DNA of 64,000 nucleotides. Origin: Alphaproteobacteria bacterium. GTDB taxonomy: Bacteria; Pseudomonadota; Alphaproteobacteria; SMXQ01. The notes under the pieces were generated by a model. That model worked only from the letters and a program-made list of their open reading frames with translations, ran no database searches and was not told where the DNA came from. Positions 30,399-39,101 of this stretch are shown here, one piece after another. Location of the stretch: positions 391,354-455,353 of the forward strand of contig JBKBHI010000001.1 in assembly GCA_046297835.1 (NCBI GenBank). The letters run 5' to 3'. The position numbers and the translations under genes are program-made. Numbering within the stretch: the first letter of the stretch is position 1; each line of letters begins with the position of its first letter.

Positions 30399-32264
30399 TT
30401 AGTGCGCTGCCGACGCGGCATCCCGTTGCACGATGACCTTGCGCATCATGCCCGTCTCCATGTGGTACAGAAGATGGCAATGAAACGCCCAACTACCCTC
30501 GGCATCGACCGGAATATCGACGTCCAACGAGGTACCCGGCTTAATGTTCACTACGTGCTTTAACGGGTCGCGCACACCATTACCGACCCGCGGCAACATC
30601 CACATGCCGTGAAGATGCATCGGATGGTTCATCATCGTTTCATTGATGAATTTGAACCGCGCACGCTCGCCGTACTTCAAGACAATGGGTTCTGCTTCGC
30701 TGAACTTCCGGCCGTTGATAGACCAGAAGAAGCGTTCCATGTTGCCCGTCAGGCGAATTTCAATCACGCGGTCCGGCTCTCGGGCGTCGAAAGGCGACGC
30801 AAACGCCTTAAGGTCCTTGTACGACAGCACCTTCGCGCCAGCCGGAGCCCCGGTGTCGTTGGCGAGGGGATCAGCCATCGCCATCGCCCCATGCCCCATC
30901 GCGGCATGATCCATGCCGGGCATAGCTCCTGTGCTAGGTGCCGGGGCGCTATTGGGCGGGCTTTGGCTCATCTTGGAATGGTCCATGCCAGACATTGCTC
31001 CCGCGCCGGATGACGGGGCGGTGGGCATTGCCATCTTAGAATGATCCATGCCGGCCATGCTTCCCTGCGGGGCCGCGGCGCTTGAACCTTCGCTCATCCC
31101 CGACATCGCGCCATGATCCATTTCCATGGGCGCCACGTGCCCCGGACGATCGGTTTCAGGATGAATCGTCCCGCGATCGAGGCCCGTCGGCCCAAAGCTC
31201 ATGCCCATGTCCGCCATCGTCAGCACGGGACGCGGGCGATGCTCCGGTATTTCGCCAACCATGCCCTCGCGCGGCGCCAGAGTTGCCCGAGCGAAGCCGG
31301 CACGATCGATCGATTCAGCGAGGATTGAGTAAGCCTGATCTTCCCGCGGCTGAACGATGACATCGTAGGTTTCAGCAACGGAAATGCGGAATTCATCGAC
31401 GGGGACGGGTTGGACGTTATTGCCGTCCGCCTGCACGACCGTCATCTTGAGGCCCGGAATCCGGACGTCGTAATAGGTCATGGCCGCGCCATTTATGAAG
31501 CGCAAACGCACCCGCTCACCTGGCTTGAAAAGCGCTGTAAAGTTCTTTTCAGGCGATTTGCCGTTGACCAAGAAGGTATATCCCGCGACGTCGGCGATAT
31601 CGGTCGGGTCCATGCGCATCTGGCCCCACATGAAGCGGTCGCTGAGCGCAGCTCCGAGACCGACTTCCTTAGCGTCGCGGAAGAGATCGACAAGGGTACG
31701 ACGGTTGTTGTTGTAGTAGCCAGGCGAGACCTTGAGATTGCGAATGACCGAGTCCGGATTTTCGTCTGTCCAATCCGACAGCATGATGATGTGTTCCCGA
31801 TCGTAACGGAACGGTTCACGCTGAGCCGGTTCTATAACGATCGGCGCATATAGGCCGAGTTGCTCCTGGTTCGCCGAATGGCTGTGATACCAGTAGGTGC
31901 CAGCCTGAATGATTGGGAATTTGTAGATGAATGTTTCCCCAGGCTGGATGCCGTTGAAGCCCTCGCTGATACCTGGAACTCCGTCTTGGGAAGATGGTAA
32001 AAGCAGTCCGTGCCAATGGATCGAGGCGACTTCATTGAGCTTGTTGGTCACTCGAATGGTGACCTCCTCGCCCTCCTTGAATCGAAGAACGGGGCCTGGC
32101 AATTGACCGTTGATCAGCATTCCCGGGCGCTCTTTCCCAGTTATGTTGACCATCTGATTTTCAAGCACCAGATCATAGGTGCCCGCGTTGGCTGCATGGG
32201 CGAACGCCAGCAGGATACCTGAAGCGGCTAATCCAATGCCGCTTTTCAAAAGCCAGGCTTTCAT
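30399..32264 (-). CDS. copA: multicopper oxidase CopA/PcoA
   Basis: Copper-ligand motifs HWHG, HSH, HPMHLHG and HCHLLYH. Central Met/His-rich insert (MDHSKM, MPGMDHAAMGHG). Confidence 0.9.
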   Translation of the reverse strand: MKAWLLKSGIGLAASGILLAFAHAANAGTYDLVLENQMVNITGKERPGMLINGQLPGPVLRFKEGEEVTIRVTNKLNEVASIHWHGLLLPSSQDGVPGISEGFNGIQPGETFIYKFPIIQAGTYWYHSHSANQEQLGLYAPIVIEPAQREPFRYDREHIIMLSDWTDENPDSVIRNLKVSPGYYNNNRRTLVDLFRDAKEVGLGAALSDRFMWGQMRMDPTDIADVAGYTFLVNGKSPEKNFTALFKPGERVRLRFINGAAMTYYDVRIPGLKMTVVQADGNNVQPVPVDEFRISVAETYDVIVQPREDQAYSILAESIDRAGFARATLAPREGMVGEIPEHRPRPVLTMADMGMSFGPTGLDRGTIHPETDRPGHVAPMEMDHGAMSGMSEGSSAAAPQGSMAGMDHSKMAMPTAPSSGAGAMSGMDHSKMSQSPPNSAPAPSTGAMPGMDHAAMGHGAMAMADPLANDTGAPAGAKVLSYKDLKAFASPFDAREPDRVIEIRLTGNMERFFWSINGRKFSEAEPIVLKYGERARFKFINETMMNHPMHLHGMWMLPRVGNGVRDPLKHVVNIKPGTSLDVDIPVDAEGSWAFHCHLLYHMETGMMRKVIVQRDAASAAH

Positions 32265-32285
32265 TGTTATCTCCTCAACATGATC

Positions 32286-32853
32286 TCAGCGACTGAAATT
32301 AACCTTGCCGACCATGCCCGCTTCATAATGTCCGGGAATATTGCAAGCGAACTCGAGCTCGACAGACTTACTGAACTTCCAAACGAGTTCTGCCGTTTTT
32401 CCAGGTTCGACGAGAACGCTGTTGGGGTCGTCGTGCTTCATCGACATTCCGCCCATCTGGGAATGATCCATATTCTTCATGTCGTGATTCATGCCCGTTG
32501 CGGTCATCATGCCGTGCTCAACCATCATGGCCATCTCCTTTTGATGTTCCATGTGCATCGCGACAGTACCGATGTTGAACTCATGAAGGAGCTGGCCGGC
32601 ATTGGTCAGCACGAAGCGAACCGTCTCTCCAGCCCGGACCTGCACACTTTCCGGCTCATAGGCGTTGTCGATCATTTTGATCCTGACAACGCGTGTCGTA
32701 CCGGTTGCCTTGCCTGCTTCGCCGATGGAATCGGCCGCATGGCTGTGGTCGTTAGCTCCAGCGGCGATAGCAAATGACGGCGGCAGAACCGTGGAAAGGC
32801 CAACCAGCGCGATCTGGAGGCCGCGAAGCGTCTTTGAAACCGATTTTGTCATT
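32286..32853 (-). CDS. cupredoxin-fold (blue-copper) periplasmic protein with a Met/His-rich loop (CopI-like)
   Basis: Type-1 copper ligand pattern (...HEF...C...H...M: FACNIPGHYEAGM). Met/His-rich stretch. First gene of the cupredoxin-pcoA-pcoB operon. Confidence 0.65.
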
Positions 32854-33049
32854 TCACAGTCCTTGGAATGGTGAGGAGTTTTTGGAATAGTGAGAGTTAT
32901 GGTGGCCAGACTCATGAGGGCTCGGCCAACGCAGGAGCGACCCATAACGCGGGGGGCGTCGGGGGCAAAGCAGACGTCTGCGCTGGCCGATGCAGTAAAT
33001 ATTCACTACCTGAGATTACGTGCGGTCTGTATCTCGGCAATCTCTATTG

Positions 33050-33066
33050 TGTAACAAAGTGTAACA
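33050..33066 (-). promoter_or_regulatory. direct repeat TGTAACA-N3-TGTAACA, putative CopR box upstream of the cupredoxin/pcoAB operon
   Basis: gTGTAACAaagTGTAACAgc has the same half-sites and spacing as the box at 26090. Confidence 0.5.
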
Positions 33067-33157
33067 GCGACGATGGATAAATCGCCCAAGGTCGCTGCGG
33101 TAGATATTGCATCAAGACCCTACGGAAATCCGTAGGCGCCAAGCCACGCAAATAACC

Positions 33158-33601
33158 CTACGAATGCGCTCCGCGGCATTTCCCATGATCGCCAAGCGTC
33201 TCAATGACGCGGCACTCGGCGATCGTGCCTTGATGGCAATCTGAGGTCATCCGCACCAACTCACGCTCCATGCCCTTCAGCAGAGCGATCTTCCTTCGCA
33301 CTTCGACCAAATGTCGGCGGGCAATGGCATCGGCTTCTGTACAGGGCGCATCATGACGACCGCTCATCGCCAGGAACTGCCGCACATCATCCTGCGAAAA
33401 GCCGAGATCGCGGGCGTGCCTTATAAAGCGCAGCGTCGTAGCGGCCGCTTCTGAATATCGACGCTGGTTACCGGCAGTCCGGGGGGCTTGGGGCAGCATC
33501 CCCATCTGCTCGAAGTAGCGGATTGTTTGGACCTTGCACCCTGTCTGCTGAGCCAACTCACCTATCGTTAAGTATTTGATATCACTTATATCAGTGGCCA
33601 T
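33158..33601 (-). CDS. MerR-family heavy-metal-responsive regulator (ZntR/CadR/PbrR-like)
   Basis: N-terminal MerR HTH (LTIGELAQQTGCKVQTIRYFEQMGML). Dimerisation helix. C-terminal Cys cluster (PCTE...SDCH...AECRVIETLGDHGKC). Confidence 0.8.
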   Translation of the reverse strand: MATDISDIKYLTIGELAQQTGCKVQTIRYFEQMGMLPQAPRTAGNQRRYSEAAATTLRFIRHARDLGFSQDDVRQFLAMSGRHDAPCTEADAIARRHLVEVRRKIALLKGMERELVRMTSDCHQGTIAECRVIETLGDHGKCRGAHS

Positions 33602-33611
33602 AAGATTCTCC

Positions 33612-33642
33612 TTGAAGCTCTAGTAACTGTAGCTCTTATGTT
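33612..33642 (+). promoter_or_regulatory. MerR-type promoter (TTGAAG, 19-bp spacer, TATGTT) between the divergent merR-like and ATPase genes
   Basis: The 19-bp spacer is read directly. It contains a direct AGCTCT...AGCTCT repeat rather than a perfect dyad. Confidence 0.45.
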
Positions 33643-33677
33643 GAGCTTTGCAATATTGGACTTTGGGAGAGCTCATC

Positions 33678-36125
33678 ATGTCGGTCGCCACCTTGGGTCA
33701 GCCGTTGCGGTTCAAAGTCGAGGGCATGGATTGCCCAAGCTGCGCGATCAAGATTGAGAACGCGCTGAAATGGCTTCCGGGAGCCGGACAGATAGCCGTC
33801 GATGTCGGCGCCGGCACTGTCGCCGTCACACCGGCCAGCGGAGATTTCGTCCCCGAGGACGCCGCCGAGACGATCCGCAAGCTTGGATACAAAGTCCTCG
33901 CAACCCCAGCGGCGCCGGAATCTCGCCAACCGGTTCGCTTCAGCGTCGAGGGCATGGATTGCCCAAGCTGTGCGATCAAAATCGAGAACGCCCTGAAAAG
34001 AAACCCCGGAGTCGGCTCGATAGCGGTCAATGTCGGCGCCGGCACCGTCGCGGTGACGCCGATCAGCGATGCGTTCGTGGCGGAAGACGCGGCGGAAACG
34101 ATTCGACGCCTCGGATTTAAAGCGCAAGCGAATGCGCATCATGCCAAGGCCTCGCAACACAGTCCCGATAAACACGACCACGCCGGCCATGGCCGTGCGG
34201 GCCATGACCACGCGGGCCACGACGATGGCAGCCCTGCCACCGCAATATCCAGCAGCTCATGGTGGCAAACCTCTAAAGGCCGGTTGGTTCTCGTCGCCGG
34301 CGCGCTGCTGGCTATCGCTTTCATCGCAGACCAGATAGCCCCGGCATTGGGGCCCTGGCCGTTCGTTGCCGCAACGTTGGTCTCGCTGGTGCCCGTGGCG
34401 CGCAGGGCTTTTTCGGCGGCGCGCTATGGCTCGGTCTTCACCATCGAGATGCTGATGACTATCGCCGCTATTGGGGCTCTCGCCATCAACGCGGCGGAGG
34501 AAGCCGCAGTCGTCGTGTTTCTATTCTGCGTCGGCGAGCTGCTCGAAGGCGTCGCCGCGATGCGCGCCCGCAAGAGCATCGCCGCTCTCGGCGATCTGAC
34601 GCCCAAGACGGCCATGATCGTCGACGGAACGACCCTCCGCGAAGTTCAAGCGGATACGCTGCAACCGGGACATGTCGTCATGGTGCGCCCCGGCGACCGC
34701 GTTCCGTCTGACGGCGAGATTCTGGAAGGCAGCTCCGACATCAACGAAGCGCCGATCACAGGCGAGTCGGTGCCTAAAGCCAAGGCGCCCGGAGACACGG
34801 TCTTCGCCGGTACGATCAATCAGACCGTCGCCATCAAGGTTAAAGTGACCAAAGCCGCCAATGACAACACCATTGCGAGGATTCTCCGCTTGGTGGAGGA
34901 GGCTCAAGAGTCGAAGGCCCCCGTCGAGCGGTTCATCGACCGTTTTGCGCGGTTGTACATGCCCTTCGTGGTCGGCATCGCCATTTTAGTCGCGATCGTG
35001 CCGCCGCTCGCTTTCGGACAGCCTTGGGGCGAATGGGTCTATCGCGCTCTCGCTCTGCTGCTGATCGCCTGTCCTTGCGCGCTTGTGATCTCGACGCCTG
35101 CCGCCATCGCTGCGGGCCTGGCAGTCGGGGCGCGGCGCGGCTTGCTGATCAAAGGCGGCGCCGTGTTGGAAGGGGTTGGCCGGCTGCGCACCATCGCGTT
35201 CGACAAGACAGGCACGCTGACCGAGGGAAAGCCGAAGGTCACGGATATCGTGAATATCAACGCCTCGCCCGAGGACGCGCTCCGTCTAGCCGCCGCGCTG
35301 GAGAAAGGTTCAAATCATCCCATCGCCAAGGCGATCCTCGCCCGCGCGGATCGCGACGGACAAAGCCACACGACGGCGCAGGACGTCGCATCTCTCGGCG
35401 GTCATGGCCTGACGGGCGTCGTGGAGGGCCGCGCGCTGTTCCTCGGCAATCCGCGCAGCGCGGCGCAGCGGTCCGGCTTCGACGATCACGTGGCCGCCGA
35501 GACCTCCCGCTTGGAAAGCGAAGGGAAGACGGTCGCGGTTTTGATCGAGGGCAACTCCACTCTTGCCCTCATCGCGCTGCGCGACGAACCTCGTAAAGAC
35601 GCCAAACGCGGCTTGGCTGCTCTATCCGCGCTCGGCGTTAAAGGCGTGATGCTGACGGGCGACAACGCGCGCGCGGCGGCGGCCATCGCCCGCGATCTTG
35701 GCGTGGAACCACGGGCCGAACTGCTGCCTGAGGACAAGGCCCGCATCGTCAATGAACTGAAAGCTGCGGGCTATGGTCCGGTCGGCAAAGTCGGCGACGG
35801 CATCAACGATGCGCCCGCGCTGGCGGCGGCCGACGTCGGCATCGCGATGGGCGGCGGAACCGATGTCGCCCTGGAAACGGCGGACGCCGCGCTGTTGAAC
35901 AATCGCGTCATGGGCGTCGCCGAGTTGGTGAAGCTATCGCGGGCGACTCTGTCCAATGTTCACGTCAACGTGGCTTTGGCTATTGGCTCGAAAGCGATAT
36001 TTCTCGTGACGACCGTTCTAGGCTTGACGGGCATGTGGGTCGCCATCATGGCCGATACCGGCGCGACAGTGCTCGTCACCCTCAATGCGCTGCGCTTGCT
36101 CGCCTTCCGATTCGACAAAACCTGA
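33678..36125 (+). CDS. P1B-2-type (Zn/Cd/Pb) heavy-metal ATPase with two tandem HMA domains and a His-rich linker
   Basis: GMDCPSCAIKIENALK occurs twice (ZntA-like metal site). His-rich HDHAGHGRAGHDHAGHDD. CPC motif (IACPCALVISTP). DKTGTLT, GDGINDAP. A TTG at 33648 is an alternative start. Confidence 0.85.
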   Translation: MSVATLGQPLRFKVEGMDCPSCAIKIENALKWLPGAGQIAVDVGAGTVAVTPASGDFVPEDAAETIRKLGYKVLATPAAPESRQPVRFSVEGMDCPSCAIKIENALKRNPGVGSIAVNVGAGTVAVTPISDAFVAEDAAETIRRLGFKAQANAHHAKASQHSPDKHDHAGHGRAGHDHAGHDDGSPATAISSSSWWQTSKGRLVLVAGALLAIAFIADQIAPALGPWPFVAATLVSLVPVARRAFSAARYGSVFTIEMLMTIAAIGALAINAAEEAAVVVFLFCVGELLEGVAAMRARKSIAALGDLTPKTAMIVDGTTLREVQADTLQPGHVVMVRPGDRVPSDGEILEGSSDINEAPITGESVPKAKAPGDTVFAGTINQTVAIKVKVTKAANDNTIARILRLVEEAQESKAPVERFIDRFARLYMPFVVGIAILVAIVPPLAFGQPWGEWVYRALALLLIACPCALVISTPAAIAAGLAVGARRGLLIKGGAVLEGVGRLRTIAFDKTGTLTEGKPKVTDIVNINASPEDALRLAAALEKGSNHPIAKAILARADRDGQSHTTAQDVASLGGHGLTGVVEGRALFLGNPRSAAQRSGFDDHVAAETSRLESEGKTVAVLIEGNSTLALIALRDEPRKDAKRGLAALSALGVKGVMLTGDNARAAAAIARDLGVEPRAELLPEDKARIVNELKAAGYGPVGKVGDGINDAPALAAADVGIAMGGGTDVALETADAALLNNRVMGVAELVKLSRATLSNVHVNVALAIGSKAIFLVTTVLGLTGMWVAIMADTGATVLVTLNALRLLAFRFDKT
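33699..34120 (+). repeat. intragenic tandem duplication (about 219-bp period) encoding the two HMA domains
   Basis: The two copies are highly similar at the nucleotide level across about 200 bp (ggcatggattgcccaagctg[c/t]gcgatcaa[g/a]at[t/c]gagaacgc...). Confidence 0.7.
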
Positions 36126-36146
36126 TGAACATCTGATTTCGACAAT

Positions 36147-36638
36147 ATGCCCCGCTCCTTGCACCTTGGATTATTTTCGGCGTTCTTCGTTGCCGCGTTT
36201 TCAGCCGATCAGGCTTCTAAGAAAATCGCTTTAGACGCGCTTGCAAATCCGCCTCGGATCGTTGAAGTCCTTTCTTTTTTCAACCTGAGGCTCGGATTCA
36301 ACAGCGGAGTGAGCTTCGGATTGTTCGCGACCGATTCGCCGTACATCCTGATCTCTCTGACGGGGGCCGTGATCGCGATTCTCGCCTGGTGGGCTTATCG
36401 CGCTCAATCCGCTATTGAGACGGTTGCATTGGGGCTCATTGTCGGCGGCGCGCTGGGCAACCTCGTCGATCGCATTCGACATGGCGCAGTTGTCGATTTT
36501 CTCGACCTGTTCTACCAGGAATGGCATTGGCCGACCTTCAATGTCGCCGACATTACGATTGTTTCCGGGACGTTGCTTTTAGTTCTGACGTCCTTGCGCC
36601 AAGGCAAAACGCCGACAAAACCCGCCTCAAAAAGCTGA
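36147..36638 (+). CDS. lspA: lipoprotein signal peptidase II
   Basis: Conserved LspA blocks (FNxGxSFG, NLVDRIRHGAVVDF, FNVADI). Confidence 0.8.
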   Translation: MPRSLHLGLFSAFFVAAFSADQASKKIALDALANPPRIVEVLSFFNLRLGFNSGVSFGLFATDSPYILISLTGAVIAILAWWAYRAQSAIETVALGLIVGGALGNLVDRIRHGAVVDFLDLFYQEWHWPTFNVADITIVSGTLLLVLTSLRQGKTPTKPASKS

Positions 36639-36657
36639 ATTTCCCCTGCGTGAACAG

Positions 36658-37170
36658 ATGACCGGAATGACTGGACGAGCGGCCCTCCTGGTCGTGTTTG
36701 CTGTTTTTACAATGCAGGCGGGCGCGCTCTCGCGCGCGGTCGCGCATGAGTTCAAAGCGGGCGAGATAACTGTCCAACACCCCTTTAGCCGCGTGACGCC
36801 GAAGGGCGTTAAAACTGGAGCGGCCTACATGACGATCGTGAACGGCGGAACATCGCCTGACCGCCTCATCGGCGCGACGACGGAGATTGCAGAACGCGCC
36901 GAAATTCATCGCACAACCACGACTGACAACGGCGTCATGAGAATGCGCCTCCAGCCCGACGGAATCGCCATACCCGCTGCCGGCGAGATCAAGCTCCAGC
37001 CCACGAGCGAGTATCATATCATGCTGGTCGGCCTCAGCGAGCCGCTGCAAGAAGGAATGAAAATTCCTCTCGTCGTGAAGTTCGAGAAAGCGGGATCCGT
37101 TGCGGTCGAACTGGCTGTCGAGGCTCTGCGAAAACGTCCCGATGCGCCGCCGAGTCACGGCGATCATTGA
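36658..37170 (+). CDS. periplasmic copper chaperone PCu(A)C (DUF461)
   Basis: Signal peptide and the H(M)x10Mx21HxM-type copper motif (HIMLVGLSEPLQEGMKIPLVVKFE). Confidence 0.75.
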   Translation: MTGMTGRAALLVVFAVFTMQAGALSRAVAHEFKAGEITVQHPFSRVTPKGVKTGAAYMTIVNGGTSPDRLIGATTEIAERAEIHRTTTTDNGVMRMRLQPDGIAIPAAGEIKLQPTSEYHIMLVGLSEPLQEGMKIPLVVKFEKAGSVAVELAVEALRKRPDAPPSHGDH

Positions 37171-37778
37171 CGATGAAAACCCTACGGCTTGTTCGTATCG
37201 TCGCGTGGATCGCTGTCGCATTGGCGCTCACGCTGCTTTTTGGCTATTGGAAATCCCTGCCGTCCAAAAAATCTGAGGATGCGGCTATCACGTCGCCGAT
37301 GCGGCTTGGAGGGTCTTTTTCGCTCGTTGACCACACCGGAGAGGCTGTCACAGATAAAGATTATCGCGGCAAGCCGCATTTGCGGTTTTTCGGTTTCACG
37401 CATTGCCCGGACGTCTGCCCTACGACATTGTCGTGGCTCGCCGACCTCGTGGAGCAGTCGGGCGGAGATGTCCCTATTCTGCTCGTCAGCGTCGATCCCG
37501 AGAGAGATACCCCAGAGGTGCTCGCGGATTACGTCTCCAGTTTTGGCCCGAACATCGTTGGACTGACGGGGACGGTCGATCAGATCGACGCTGTCGTCAA
37601 AAGTTGGGGAGCCTATTCCAAACGGGTGCCGCAAGAGGGCGGAGGATATACGATGGACCACACCGCTAGCGTCTACTTGGTCGATGGCGACGGCGCTTTC
37701 CGCGGCACTCTCGACATTCATGATGCGTCTCCGACGGCAAATCTCGCCAAACTTAAACGTCTCCTCGAATCGAATTGA
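37167..37778 (+). CDS. SCO1/SenC copper chaperone / thiol-disulfide oxidoreductase
   Basis: N-terminal membrane anchor. CxxxC motif (FTHCPDVCP) plus the conserved distal His in a thioredoxin fold. Confidence 0.8.
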   Translation: MTMKTLRLVRIVAWIAVALALTLLFGYWKSLPSKKSEDAAITSPMRLGGSFSLVDHTGEAVTDKDYRGKPHLRFFGFTHCPDVCPTTLSWLADLVEQSGGDVPILLVSVDPERDTPEVLADYVSSFGPNIVGLTGTVDQIDAVVKSWGAYSKRVPQEGGGYTMDHTASVYLVDGDGAFRGTLDIHDASPTANLAKLKRLLESN

Positions 37779-37790
37779 AGCCGGAGCATT

Positions 37791-37973
37791 ATGAGCGACA
37801 GCCAGAACGAGCGAAAATCGAGACAGAAGCTCCAGCAGCGCCTGAAGTCTCGCAACCTCGCTCTGGCCGCCGTTCTGGCTGGGTTGGTCATCTTGTTTTT
37901 CGCTGTCACTATCGTTCGCGTTCAACAAGGAAGCGAACAACGGGGCAATGCCCCTCTCATTATAAATCGTTGA
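37791..37973 (+). CDS. hypothetical small single-TM protein
   Basis: 60 aa: a basic N-terminus, then one hydrophobic helix. No homology recognised. Confidence 0.25.
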   Translation: MSDSQNERKSRQKLQQRLKSRNLALAAVLAGLVILFFAVTIVRVQQGSEQRGNAPLIINR

Positions 37974-37986
37974 GGGACTGACGGAG

Positions 37987-38418
37987 ATGGCCGAAAATAG
38001 GAATGGCGCAGTCTGGAATTTGATCTTTGCCGCTTGGCTCGTCGCCTTGGCATCCACTCTCGGCGCCCTGTTTATCGGCGAAGTCATGGGGCAAACGCCG
38101 TGCAACCTCTGTTGGTTTCAGCGCGCGTTCATGTTTCCTCTGGTCGTGATCCTCGGCATTGCCTGCTACCGGTCCGATGCCGCCGCTTGGATATACGGAC
38201 TGCCGGTCGCAGTCGCCGGCGGCTTGATCGCGGCGTTTCATAGTTTGCTATACTTCGGCGTCATCCCTAAGGAGATCGAACCCTGCGGAGCCGGCCCGTC
38301 CTGTTCGAGTCCGGATATGCTCATGCTCGGCCAGCTTCCGATCCCGGTTCTTTCGCTCATAGGTTTCATGGCCATTATCGGCCTTTTGCTGGTCGTCCGT
38401 CGGAGGCTCGAATCGTGA
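37987..38418 (+). CDS. disulfide bond formation protein B (BdbC-type DsbB)
   Basis: Four-TM protein with PCNLCWFQR in the first periplasmic loop and a second Cys pair (CGAGPSC). Confidence 0.7.
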   Translation: MAENRNGAVWNLIFAAWLVALASTLGALFIGEVMGQTPCNLCWFQRAFMFPLVVILGIACYRSDAAAWIYGLPVAVAGGLIAAFHSLLYFGVIPKEIEPCGAGPSCSSPDMLMLGQLPIPVLSLIGFMAIIGLLLVVRRRLES

Positions 38419-39077
38419 TGTCGAAGCGCGTTATCGTTCTGCTGACGGCGCTCGTCGCCGTGGGAATCTTTTTCGGCGCGGGCGTCGCCTACGACCGCCA
38501 GATGGCCAAGCTGAAAGAAGAAGCCGCCACCGCTTCCGCCAACGCGCTTATCCGCGACCATTCGCCTGTCATCGGAATCCCCGACGCGCCCGTCACGATC
38601 GTCGAGTTTTTCGACCCTGCCTGCGAATCCTGCAGAGCCTTCTATCCGATCGTGAAGCAAATTCTCGCGCGCCATCCGGATGATGTCCGCCTCGTCTTAC
38701 GTTACGCCCCGCTTCACGAGGGGTCAGACCAGGTCGTGCGGCTGCTCGAAACCGCGCGTATTCAGGGCATCTTCGAGCCTGTCCTCGAATCCGTGCTGCA
38801 AGCCCAGCCGCGTTGGGCGGCGCATGGCAATCCAGATATCGATATTGCCTGGCAGGCAGCTCGGATCGCGGGTCTCGATATAGAGCGCGCCAAACAGGAT
38901 CTAAATCTCCCGGCGATTGAAGCCGTCCTGAAACAGGATGTCGCGGACTTAACGACCCTTAAGATCAGGGGAACGCCGACGTTCTTCGTTAACGGCCAGC
39001 CCTTGCAATCCTTCGGACCGCGCCAGCTCTATGAAGCTGTCCTCAATGCGTTGCAGAATATTCGAGCTGCCGAGTAG
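38415..39077 (+). CDS. DsbA-family thiol:disulfide oxidoreductase (BdbD-like)
   Basis: Membrane anchor or signal peptide. Thioredoxin fold with a CESC active site and a cis-Pro region (GTPTFFVNG). Confidence 0.75.
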   Translation: MMSKRVIVLLTALVAVGIFFGAGVAYDRQMAKLKEEAATASANALIRDHSPVIGIPDAPVTIVEFFDPACESCRAFYPIVKQILARHPDDVRLVLRYAPLHEGSDQVVRLLETARIQGIFEPVLESVLQAQPRWAAHGNPDIDIAWQAARIAGLDIERAKQDLNLPAIEAVLKQDVADLTTLKIRGTPTFFVNGQPLQSFGPRQLYEAVLNALQNIRAAE

Positions 39078-39101
39078 CAGCCGTTATTACTGAGGTCCGA
39101 C

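Noticed and set aside
33612-33642. Perfect dyad expected inside the MerR-type promoter spacer
   Set aside because: The spacer has a direct AGCTCT repeat and only an imperfect dyad (GCTCTAG / CTGTAGC). The promoter call is kept at low confidence and not asserted as a defined operator.
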